From Balanoglossus misakiensis (lineage: Eukaryota > Animalia > Hemichordata): 64,000 nt of DNA. A model generated the notes under the pieces. It made no database searches. It worked only from the letters and a program-made list of their open reading frames with translations, and was not told the origin of the DNA. The stretch lies in contig CM082583.2 in the NCBI GenBank assembly GCA_040954595.2, positions 11,880,636 through 11,944,635 of the forward strand. Direction: 5' to 3'. The translations under genes and the position numbers were made by a program. This document shows positions 39,295 through 51,637 of the stretch, one piece after another (position 1 is the first letter of the stretch; every line of letters starts with the position of its first letter).

Positions 39295-40422
39295 ATGCAA
39301 GAAGACTTATCGGAAAGGTAAGATCCCTGACTTTTTTCTCGTCCTGTCGTTTAGATTTGTCCATTTTTCGAAAGTGTATGAATAAAAGCAATTAAAGTTA
39401 TCTATATCGCATGTCATTTCCCATTTTTTGCTTTAAAACGGGGATACCAAGACACCGAGTACATGTACATTTCGTTCATTCAGCTGTCACATCAAGGCAA
39501 CGTTATAGTCGCCATTGAGGGTGCATGTTAGTCAGTGTTAAACACGTTGAAGGGCCTCATTGACACTGAACTGACATTGAAACTGGTAAAGCTATTATCA
39601 AGTATGCACGTTCTTCATTCGATGCAGTACAGACTGCTGTGACTCGAGGATTTTTCATCCAAAGACAACAACAGGCAACACCGCAAGCTGTAAAGTTTAT
39701 AACAGTGCCCCCCCCCCCCCATTTCTCTGTCCCATCCCTACATTATAAGTGAATTATAATACAGGGACATTAAAGTCCCTTTAGCCATAATTTCCCAGCT
39801 TTTTCACGATTATAAATGTTATTTTTCTTACAGAGTTGCAGATTGTAATCTTAACACAATGACCATTGTACCATCCAAAGCAACATGGGTTGGTGAGAAA
39901 GAGGCTTGCACCACCTTAAAGGCTGATGAATTGTTGGTTGGTGGAATTGACGACTTGAGAAGACTAGAAGGTTTCATTCCAAACTCGCCTAGGGGAGCCC
40001 ACCTCCACCGATCACTTTTGCAGTTTGATGTTTCCACGGTAGCAGATCCATCCAAGGTGAAATCTGCATATTTTGAGGCGGATATCGAGAAGCATGCGAG
40101 GCACGGATTCCAGGCTCAGCCCAGCAAAGTGACAATATGGCCAATAAAGTCGGAATGGGGTGGGAGCACGGGAATGACATGGGAATCGGCCGGGAAGGCA
40201 CTTGATGGAGTACCGGAAGGATGGCCAGTGAAGATCCCGGAAGAAGACGGAGCTGTGTGGGAAGTCAACTTGACGGAGGTGGTGTTGGGATGGATTGAAG
40301 CACCACAACACAACCATGGCATATGTCTGATGAATGGGGATGGCAAATACGACACTGAAGCCAGGCAGTTCAATCTGGTTATTCTGAAGAATCCAAGATT
40401 GAAGATCAACTTGTCCAAGTAA
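39295..40422 (+). CDS. Uncharacterised ~203-aa protein consisting of one DNRLRE/CBM96-like beta-sandwich domain
   Basis: Exon 39295-39317 (MQEDLSE, AG|GTAAGA) splices in frame to 39834-40422; motif series RSLLQFDVS..VKSA, W...MTW, WEVNLTEVVLGW...NHGICL, PRLKI resembles DNRLRE domains; AATAAA at 40572. Confidence 0.75.
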
Positions 40423-41432
40423 CACTGCAGCCATCACAGTATGAGCTACTAGATAAATTATAATACAGTGTCCCAGGAATTGGTGCTAGGTCAGAACGCC
40501 ACATGTATTAATGTGCTCATTGTGAGTTTATGAACTTGTCCACACATCAGCATAGAAAAGTGATAAACTTTAATAAAACTTAGATTGGTGGTACTATCTT
40601 ACTATGGTTATTCTGGCAGCAGTCATTGTGGCAACAATTTTACACGTTTTACATTAGAGGCAAGCATATGCAATGGAATATTTTTTCTCATTCTCAGGGT
40701 TTCTTTACACTATGTAATTTGCACTGCCATCCACACTGCAAATCATGCACAAATACAATGAAACTTGTCCTTGTGGACATCTTCATAATAATGACACCTC
40801 TATATGGATAGATTTTAAAGGCAAAAGTTATACTTTGAATAGAATATTACCAGTGATAATTTAAATACATCAAAAGAAGCTATATGAAAATCAGAGTACT
40901 GCATATTTTGGCAGTCTGTGTGTAGAAACAACTATATTTTGTATGTGTATAGGTTGTGTAACAAAGTAAAGTCAATGTACATTCCATATGATGAAATAAA
41001 CAGCATCTCTATGTTAAAAACTTCCATAGTTGTAGTTGGACTGATTTTATTTGGGATACCGAACAACAAATATAAACAAATACACACAAACAAAAACAAG
41101 ACAAATATTTTTATTACTCAATAAAATGATAAAAAAGCACTGTTTTCCTGAGGAGTGAAAAAGTGCAAACAGACATACACATTTGACAATAACTTGTTTC
41201 TTGTTACATAACCCGAGGACAACAAGCCCTCCTTAGACAATGAGAACATAGCAATTGTTTAGTTTGCTCCACACACCAAACAACACGGACAATCATTTTG
41301 ATAATTTGAAGTGTTCGTTCAATTACACGTTGGCGTTGAATTGTTAATTTTTCATGTAGTAACATCAAGTACATCTTTCTAAGAAAATCTAACTACGCGC
41401 AGCATATCCACTGACAATGTCTGTTGCATCGA

Positions 41433-43477
41433 CTAACTTGCTTCATCATCATCGTCAAATTCAAATGTCTCAGACTCTAATTCAGGTGGTGTAGAATCCT
41501 CTTCATTGTCTTCCTCTGATACAAATTCCACTTGTATGAGGCCACTGAGTACTGCATATGCCACCATGGCGACCACTGCAAAGCCAACAGACAGGATCTG
41601 GTTCCGCAGTTTGTGTGGATCTTCAAACGGGTCGGCTGGTTTCTCTGTCGGTTTGGGTTTAGGATTGTCTGGAAATAAAGGAGGACCACAATGAGCTGAG
41701 TTGGATGAACTCATTCAATCTTTAGACCTTGCACCCAGTGAATGCTGGATGGATTACATTGTTAGTTAGAATAATGTGACTATAAGAAAATGATAATATG
41801 GTATACTTTACCTTGTGGTTCTTTGGGGAAATACCTGTGTAAAATTCTGGTACAAAATGCGCATAAATTTGGACATCCTTTCAAATGGTTCTGCAATTTA
41901 TTACTTGGAAAGGGAACTTTAAATAATGGTGCTATATGACCAAACACAATGGCATCTGTTAAGGTTGGCCTGCAAGATAAAGAAATTCAGTATTTAATCA
42001 GTTATTGGCAATAATGATTCATTCTACTGGATCACTATTAGAAAACATAGTAGAATGAAAGAAGTCCACAGTCATCTCCATCTTTGCCTGCCAAATACTT
42101 ACATTGTTCCATAAAAAAATTCTTTATCTCCTAAACGGGCTGAGAGTAAATTGAAACATTCCCTGGCATCTTTGAAAAGCTGTAAAAGTAAAAATAGTAA
42201 TATTAACATGCTTTTGAGAGTATGAAAAGAAAGCTGCAGCTGTTGCAAAGTGTTCAACACATGAAGAACTTTGACATATTAAGTGTTCAGCTTTTCCCCC
42301 TTCAGTTTCCACTGCTTGTAAAATGTATCATTCTGTGCAACACTCACTATAGTTTCCATTTCATCGTCTGCCACATGCGCTCCACCTCTGGAAGACTCCA
42401 ACCTCCTTACAACTGATTTGTGTATGCTTCCTGGTATAAAGAAATTGAATGGAAAAGGCAGTGCCTTTGCATACCAGGTGCGAGTGAACTCCACATAATT
42501 CTTTGCGTCCATCCACCAGGTGTACAACTGGGAAAAGGAAGGAAAGGAAAGGATAAGTGAATCACCACCACATTGTTATTCGAAAACCATAACCCTTAAC
42601 AAGTCCAGACTTACCAAAGCTGGCAAAAGCTTTTGCTCCACAAGAGAAGCAAATGCAAGGGCTGTCATTTGGTCTTTATACGGTATCTCTCCATCAGCAT
42701 TAAAATTGTGTTCTTTCAGGAAGGTGATGACATCCATGGGATTGTGAAGTGTCTTGCCCTCACTCCGGAAAACTGGCAATTCACCTGGGAAAAATGCAAT
42801 AGCAATATATGAATATGGAATATTAGCAACAGAGCAAGTCTAGAATCCACAAACTCTGTCTGAGACTTTATGCCCCCACGGCATACCATCTTTATCACTA
42901 TGATCCATGTTTGTGACTTACCTGTGCTTGACCACCACGGGTTGTTTGTCCTCCTCAGTTTTAAAGGCGCACCAGCAAACTTGGCGTATGCCTGAAAGTA
43001 CAAAAGTGTCACAGTTGTATAGTAATAATTTTCCCCAATGAATTGCTGTCAGATGATGGTGTTATGTGTATACCCACATACATGTCTGCCCATATACATG
43101 ATAGACAAGATACATTTACCTCAATACTAGCGGCAGAACCATAGCTCAGGGTTTTGCCCGGTATTCAATACCAGTCAAAACCTCAAGCTTTGGTTCTGCT
43201 TGCTGCAGCAATACCACTTCCCCATCTGTAGGGTCTGGAAGTGTGGGACTCTAGCAGACGACTTTACCATAGTGTCAAGCCGAACACCAACACGTGTCTT
43301 GGTTACTGTCGATAGATGGTGGAGTTTTTACCATACAGTATAAACACTTTGACAATGTTCAAAACAGGGGTCTGATCGGGAAAAAGCTGACGGACTCACC
43401 ATTACTACAAGACATTTAGAGTCAACAGAGGGTAGATCCCAGTCACCTTTCCAACAGTCCAGGTCCATGGTCGCCAT
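41433..43477 (-). CDS. MTX1: Metaxin-1/3-like mitochondrial outer membrane protein
   Basis: Exons 43477-43400, 42991-42922, 42784-42615, 42527-42348, 42179-42103, 41969-41812, 41668-41433; CWKGDWDLPSVDSKCL, AYAKFAGAPL, GELPV, LLPALLYTWW, DAIVFGHIAPL; C-terminal TM anchor and acidic tail. Confidence 0.93.
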
Positions 43478-43770
43478 TTTGAATACTAATATCAGAACTC
43501 ACTCACCACTCATATCTTTGGAGTAATATCATTACGCTAAACTTGCTAATTTACGACGCACGTCAGAATGGGTCAGACAGACTATGTCACTGAAAAATCT
43601 TAAATTGCTAAATTATCGTTTGAAAATAATTCTGGTGAAATGTTTCAAAAACTCAAATCGATTCTCAGGATCTATTTTGTTTACATCATTTTCGCGGATG
43701 GTTCAAATGTTTATATTAGGTGTTGCAGGACACCTTGCTTCGGGTACTGGGTGCATGCATATGGGTCTGG

Positions 43771-46196
43771 ATGAAATCAATCATGTTCAACAATCTGTTT
43801 ACACTCGGCATTGTGGTTATAGCGCTTGCATATATCTATAGTCGAAATTCGTCGAAAGATTGGAGCGGCGTCAGTTCACCAGAAAAGGGTACAATTGTTG
43901 GATGGGAGACACACATTACCCCACCCTCAAACAGAGTCAGCAAAGTTGCCGTCGGGTAAGTCTGCTACCCCGACCGTATTCACCAATACTGTTATGTTAT
44001 GTGTACGGTTCAACGACAAAGTATGATCACCTTTTAATATAGCAATTTTGGCAACGAGAGACGGTGTTTTGGCTTAATAATTATGGTGACCTTCTTTGAC
44101 CTCAACCTCTTGTCACCTGACACTCATCATTCACAAGGTATATTGACATGGGCGTGGTCGTCCATGATAAGGCAATACAGTTATGATAACATTCACAAAC
44201 AGCAGTGGTTCAGTGCATTGTTATTCATTGAGCTACTGTATTTCACTGTGACTGTAGAGAAACACTTTACAAGGCCAACAATCAGTGATATTGCCCTTTG
44301 GAGGTCATATCCAATAATCAAATTATGAAGTGAATATATATCTTTTTTTACTTTGACCACCCATCCATCCAGACTGAATGGTAATGCTGATTTAATAGTA
44401 TCAGCCACAGAGTTACTTCAAGCACTGGGTGTCAGCCCTGCCCGGGGTAAAGACCATGAAGTCCTGAATTCACTGGAGGAACTAGGAGAGGCATTCTCAT
44501 TCTTTTTCGAAAAGGGGGCAGCAGCTGAACGATTCTTTGCCAATGATAAAGTTTATACCAAGGTGATTGAAGCAGCAGATAAACTACCTGATAAAGAGGT
44601 AAGACCAGTGTTGGTATCATACGTACCTGACAGTATTAGTTATCAGCTGGTGATGAAACTGATCAAATCTTCACAATATGCTTCAACTTCAACTTAGATT
44701 TGAATTTAGCAGAAAGAATGGTGTGTGGTATATTATATTTTTGCTTTAATCATGGAAGTTTTTTTTGTCTGTTTCATTGAACAGTATTATGTTGGTGGTA
44801 ATGCAGCTTTGGCAGGACAGAAGATAGCATCCATAATAAATGACTGTCAGGTAATTAGATATTGTCATTCGGGTAGAAATTGCGGTACCTTACTGTAGAA
44901 ATGTATTGGAGAAGACACTTTACGATTTTGCGTATACCAGTGGGGTAAAACAACAATGAAATGATGGCTGTGTTGTTTCCCCAAACAAGGTGCTGTTTGT
45001 TGGTCCAGTTGGTCCCAAACTGAAAAAGTTACTTCATGAAAGGATCACGGTACCAGGAGCAAGTGAAGCGGAGACAGACGAGGTCCATCTCATCATGGAG
45101 TTTGCCAAAGGAGAAGAGTGGGGTGCTGCCACTGCACCTATTGCTACAAGGTTTATTACGTCTAATGACCAAGCTAATGGCAGAATGGAAAAATTAGAAA
45201 TATTTGCTGAAAATATAAAAGGTAAGTACTGGTCTGTAGGATGTTTTCACGAATGAGACCTGATGTTCTTCAAGGGTTGATACTCAGTGTGCAAAACACA
45301 CTTGACTCCCTAAGTTTACCTGTATTCAATTGTGATTAATTTTTCTTCTTCAGAATTTGGTGCAGAGATGGTTGTCTTGTCAGGTCTCCACTTACTGCCA
45401 GGTCAAAGTTCATCCTTCTGGAAGGAGAGACTTCAAGATGTTGTCAAGGAGATTGAAAAAATACCAAGGCATATTCCTGTGCATCTTGAACTGGCTAGTT
45501 TGGCAGATTCTAAGTTTATGAAAGAGGTTATGGAACTGGTAGGTTGAGAGCATCATTTCTACATTTCACTGAACACACTTTTGCCATTTCTAATTAAATG
45601 TTATAACAGTTTTATTATTTGTTGTTTAGATTTTTCCGGTGGTGAACTCGCTTGGTTTGAATGAACAAGAATTGTCCTTCGTGACAGCTGCTGGAAATGG
45701 ACCACACCAAAATGTCATTGAATCTGAAGAAGGTTTCCCGGAAATCGGAGTTGTCGGCGACATCATGCACTGGATTCTGTCGAACTACGGAAAGGGAAAT
45801 CAGCACGAGAGAAAATCCAGGCTGACCCGGGTCCACTTCCATTCCTTATCCTTCCACGTCATTGCAAGCACGGAAGGCAGCTGGGCAAACAGCAAGTCGG
45901 CCGTCGGCGTGGGAACAAAGACTGCATCTCAGCAGGCATGCGAGGAAACAGATCTAACACCCGAGAAATACAGCTTGAAAATTCCAGACGCATTTGCTTT
46001 GTCTGTCAATGATGCGACGCTGAGAAAACAGATTGTCTTGTACGATCCTTTGAATCCGATTACAAACTGGCAACGGGATGGTATGGACTTTTACTTTGGC
46101 CCCGTCTTAGTCTGTAAAATACCTGGCAGAACCGTTGGGTTAGGAGATTCAATATCTGCAATGGGACTATCTTACTCAGAATTCAGAGACTCGTGA
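43771..46196 (+). CDS. ADPGK: ADP-dependent glucokinase
   Basis: Exons 43771-43955, 44373-44598, 44785-44850, 44990-45221, 45354-45538, 45630-46196; N-terminal hydrophobic anchor; GAAAERF, YVGGNAAL, EVHLIMEF, SGLHLL, VHLELAS, SLGLNEQEL, RVHFHSL, TVGLGDSIS. Confidence 0.95.
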
Positions 46197-47543
46197 TTGC
46201 AATAGAGTCAAGAATTTTTTTTAAATGGAAGCCTCATTCATTGGCAGAATGAAAACGTGTGTCAAAGATCATATTTTGCCAATAAATGATGGATTCTTTT
46301 CTACCATCTCAAAAGATATTTTTGTTGTATATTTTGATGAACTGACACCTTCTATTTTCAATTTAGCTAAACCTATTCACCTCATCTCCTCAGATATGGT
46401 TGCAACCATACCATTTCACCAAATTGTGGCAGTAAAACTGTTATTGATATAGACATGTGCTCACCATTGTGTGTTGTAATTGGTCGATCTGAAATATTTT
46501 TTCCAGCTATGTGTGCAATGACAACTGTGTTGGACCAAATGAATGGACACAAGGTAGTCACAGACACAGTGATTTTTATATCTTCTGCAAAGATAGGGAA
46601 AGCAGGTGTAGGACACTATTTTTTTTCAAATTCAGAGACGATGTTACTTGTAATTTTCTGCTTGATCGAGAGTTGGTACATTACTTAACTGTGACATGTA
46701 CACTTTTTTTATTTACCAGATTATATTATGGTCCCATACTGATCAATTTCCAGCACAAATCCTTACCAACAGGAAGCAATAAGCACAAGTGGTACATTAA
46801 AAAATTCAATTATAGTTCATCTAATTGTAGTTTTGTCATTATTTGAATATAACTATATCAGTGCATTAACTTAGATAAGAACTATATCTTTGCAAAATAA
46901 CCAAGACAGTAATCTATGGCAGACCAAACGTCACCAATACCATTATTGCACATTATTGTGTACAAAAGCTGGATTGCCATTATACAGTGATGTATTGGTT
47001 GGCATGGCAGCCAGTAAACACACAATGCAGCCACGCCCTTTCTCTGGGCTTCAATATTTTTCTAACTACCATGAACACTATTTTTTTTTTCTGCTGGCTT
47101 GAAGCCTTCATACCTGTCTTAAAGTCAGATCACAGTCAAACAGGTGGTATAGTTCAGGAAATCAGGGTAACATCTAAACAGTGATAACCTGGTACAGAAT
47201 CACTTCCTGGATAAAAATGCAGTTTTCTTTGAATTTGCTTTCCACCAAAAGAGAGAATAGGATCTTGATCCAATGCCTATGATTGGCTATAACTAATCCT
47301 ACATACCAAACAAAGCATGGAAGCCTACAGTCTGAGTATTGAACTGGAAAATTCAAGCCCTATAAACATAAAGGACTACTTGTACCTAAAATTACAGTGA
47401 TGGATGCTACCAACACTTGGGGGCAGTCAAAGGGTTAAATATGGCTTAAGTCTCCATTGTTTTTTCACGGAAATAAACTCCCTTAGAATAAAATTTTTCT
47501 GTTGTGATATAATCTCTGAAAATGTCCTTTTCCCTCAAGCACC

Positions 47544-47741
47544 TCACCATCTTCTGTTGGCATTGTGAGATCTGGAATCGGAGGTCCGCGGTTTCCTGGA
47601 AACTGGTCCCATTGGGGGCTGGGTCGTCAAGGATACCTCTTCGATGAAACTGAAAAAAGTACGGCAGCAATTTTACAAATATACGCTATCAATCATCCAC
47701 AAAAGATGGCAATCTAGTATCAACTTTACTGTTACTGTATG

Positions 47742-47783
<42 letters not shown>

Positions 47784-50700
47784 CATACATGCATGTATGG
47801 TAATTCCACCTGACACAACATGTACACTTGGTACTGTGTCATGATTTGTTAAAACAGTTACGAACTCCAGATGTTCCTGTCTCACCTTTTAGTGTTATGA
47901 ATGGTAGTTCCACCCAGGACAATACGTACACCTGGGACCGATTTATTCAGATTGTAAACAGCATAAGCCTCTTCATAGGTGGCACCACCAACGATAAACA
48001 CAACAATATCTTGAGGCCTAAAAATCAAATGCATAAATTAATGAATCCAATGAGTTATAACCTTACAGTTCCTTGATAAAAAGGGGGCATGGCTGCTGCA
48101 CTGGAAACCAAGGTCACATCTTGAATTCATCAGGTATTGTGTTCCCAGCAAAGCCTGCCAAACCTACCTATCTCTGAGTTGACTGGTCCCCACATAGGGA
48201 TAGCTGGATTCTTTCAATTTGCCTTTGATCAGCTGATCTAGAATTTCCTGGAGTAGAGGAGTGTGTTGGGTGTAGATGTTTTCAATTCCCTACAGATAAA
48301 CGCAAGGGAGTTAGTCATCAACAATACAGTACTTGTTCAGCTACATGTAATCATCACAGATAAAACATGCTCACCACATGGAAATCAGCCTTACCTTCAG
48401 ACCCTTGAAGAATTTCCTAGCTTGAGATATAGGATTCTTGTGTCCGAACAAATCGCTGCCTCGAGCCTTCGTACCGCCATATTCCAATAACTGTCTTACC
48501 ATCTGTAGAAATTTACAACCATAAAATCAGGATCAAAACATGTTCTCAGAAGAACCCCCACAGAAAAGTTTGCACTGGATTGAATTGAATTGGCACTGAA
48601 TGAAACTTACCCTCCTGTATTTCTCGCTGACACCACGCCTGAACAATGTATCATTGAGTGCTGATAAGTCATTGTTGCTGTGTCTCTCGTAGTGCAGAGC
48701 GTAGAGTGCCACTAAACGGAATGCATCCAGTTCTGTCACTCTCTCATTTGCCAACAAACTCTTCAGTTTCTGTCAAGAATATTGTAAGAGTTACAATGTG
48801 TTTATAAGGAAAATATGGCTAAAAACAAGCTGGAATGAAGTTGGTCCAAGCGTGCCTGCCGCACGGACAGACGGAGGGCAATCTATCGGAGGACAATCTA
48901 TAAACAATTCATGTTATCCATCCAACATTGCAGGTCATAGGTCTAGGATCAAAGGTCTTACCCTGAGAGCTTCTGAATGGTCACTTTGACATGCCAGTTC
49001 TTGCTCGCATTCAGACACCTCCAGTAAATTCTTTGCACTAATCAATCTGGACAGTTCACCAACGACCGTTACATGCTTGGCCACTGTACCTGACATCTTC
49101 TTGAACTGTGGGTAGTTTTCAACAAAAGCCTGAAACAAATTGAAATAAGATATGAACAAAATATTTACGCTTTCTCAACAGCAAGAACAAGTCATGTATT
49201 GATGACTAATGAGGTAATAAAGCACATACTCATTACCTTCATGTCAGAGATGGATTCTATTTTCTTAGAACTTTGAGTTTTCTTTTGAAAGTCATCCATG
49301 AGTTCCTTGATGTTGGACCCAATTTCGCCAAAGTTCATGTACATATTCTGAAAGGACATAAATCATAGAATAATCTTTAGTATTGATGACTGCCACCCAA
49401 TGCTTAAAATGAATACTACTTGAAAATTACTACTTGATCAAAGAATAAATACATTTTATGAAATAATCCCTGTCAACAGGCGTCTTGAACAACAGATGTA
49501 GTAGGCTTACATTAGCATAGAATTCGTCATGTTCCGATGACAGCACCACTTCTTGTAAGTCTCTGCTAATACCAGGAACTTCCGAAAGATTGATTCTGTT
49601 GTTTTTGATTCCAAGTAATTCATGTACCATTGCTTGATAAGTCCACTAAAATGATATGAGCAAATCACCAGTATTGTTATCGTGACATCACCATGGAACA
49701 TGAAAATATAGTTACCCAAATTTGACACGAAAATATAGATTGACAGTCAGTTGAATATTACCTGGTTGAGGAGTGGTGTAACACAGTCCTCACGTCTGTC
49801 TAAGATCAATAACAGTGGTGGCACATCTGTTCTTCTGAAATCAAACAATCCTGCATCTTTGGATATTACTTGCTGATAACACAAACAAAGCAGTGCAGGT
49901 TAGTAAAGCTGTACATTAAAGCATTTCATAAGCAGGCAGATATTTTCATCTCTTCAGTAATCTCCACTTTGCAACACATTTACATATTGGTAACAGATCT
50001 TAAGAAACTTGCAAATCAGCATTTCACTTACCCTGACATTTTCAGCTAACCTTTTGGCCATTTCTGAAGAATTCTGGAATCTGATCATGGGACACTTTTT
50101 CAGTGACAATAAAACAGCTGTTAAACCAGCACAGACCCGGTTCAGCATCGCAGGGTTCCAACCGATACCCTTTTTAAATAAGAAAAAGCAAATTGCTAAA
50201 GCCACAGTGGAAAAGTGCATTATAAGGATCTCATATTCAATTTGTTAATACATGTTCATGTACTTTGACAAGCTCAATAGTACACACAACAGTCACAGGA
50301 GGTCAAATTTTTGTGATGTAAGACTGATTCAACTGTGAAAACCAGTCCACTGGATTTGACTTAATGTCAAAATTTTAATGATGTGAAATTGTTCTGGTTC
50401 AGCCCTGAAATGCAATGTTATGTCGGTCTCACCTGACTGCATCCAACCAGATTGAATGAGAAAACATGTGGACTGGCAGCGATGTAATCTCCATAAAACT
50501 CCTGAAAGAAAAAAAATATACACAATCTGAATCTGAAACTACCGGTATGTCACTCTAATGTGCACTGATACTAAAGGACCATAAGGCTCGGTTATTCTTA
50601 CCTGGACCTCTCTGACCACTTCTTGATCGTCAGCCTCTGCTAATATCTTGACATCACTCTTACTGACCACATTGCTAAAATCTGTCAACAAATATAATTA

Positions 50701-51637
50701 TCTGCTGTCAAAACCATTTTTAACTGCATCAGTTGTGTCGACTGGATATGAATATGTAATCAGCAGTCTCAAAGATTATTTATTTTTCAACATCTCACAA
50801 CAAAATTTTACAGCAGAAATCTTACTGAGCATAGTTTTAAGAACTCATACTTACATATAAAATACAGTGAATATTTTGGATTTTTCAATTCTTGACAAAG
50901 TAACTCAATATTTTCCTGAAACAAGCACACACACAAAGGACAGCATAGATAAGTGTATGGCCACAATCAGTACAATTTAATGGGCTAAATACAACTATAT
51001 ATAAGTCACCATTACATACAAGTGTTTTACAGACACTGTGACACATATTTGGTGTTAAAATGAATAGTAGAAAAACACTAATACTTACTTTGGTTGGTCT
51101 GATAAAACAGATACATTTCAAGTGTTTCATATTTTCTCTGTTTGCAGAATCAATTCTTTCAAACAAGTAGACTTCTTTCTGGAGGATTTCAGACTGGGCA
51201 TACACCATGCTAACATAACTTGTCTGGCAGTAAAAAACACACACAAAGAATCAAGAGTAAGACCAGTGTCGTCACTATGGCCAAGTTTGCTGTATGCACA
51301 CACACACCCCTGCCACGAACAGTACATGGCACTCAAGTTCAGCTCTGCGACGGTAAAGGTCTGTGTGTTACACGGTGGAGGCCGTGTAAGGCCGGGAACA
51401 CACAGACCTGTCAGAGCTAACTCAAGTCTTGCTGCGAGTCCATATCCCTACGACTGTCCCAGCTACAGAGTGCAGACGGGGAAGTTGTATGGGCTATGGC
51501 TACGTACTCGCAGCACAGTAAATGAAGTCTACATCAACACTGACCGTGTCTCTGTCCATCAAGAGAACCTTCATCCCTTGCCCTGCATCTTCAATCATCT
51601 TAGCGATGTACTGTTTCACTGCCAGTATAACATTCAT
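47544..51637 (-). CDS. VPS45: Vacuolar protein sorting 45 (Sec1/Munc18 family), about 15 coding exons
   Basis: [31 protein letters not shown] (51637-51545); [20 protein letters not shown]; [20 protein letters not shown]; [20 protein letters not shown]; stop at 47544-47546. 5'UTR intron ~51697-51873. Confidence 0.95.
47745..47779. repeat. (GT)n microsatellite in last VPS45 intron
   Basis: About 17 uninterrupted GT units. Confidence 0.9.

Noticed and set aside
47624-47640. U12-type donor GTATCCTT in VPS45
   Set aside because: Lies within the open last coding exon; no U12 branch point or further exon needed.
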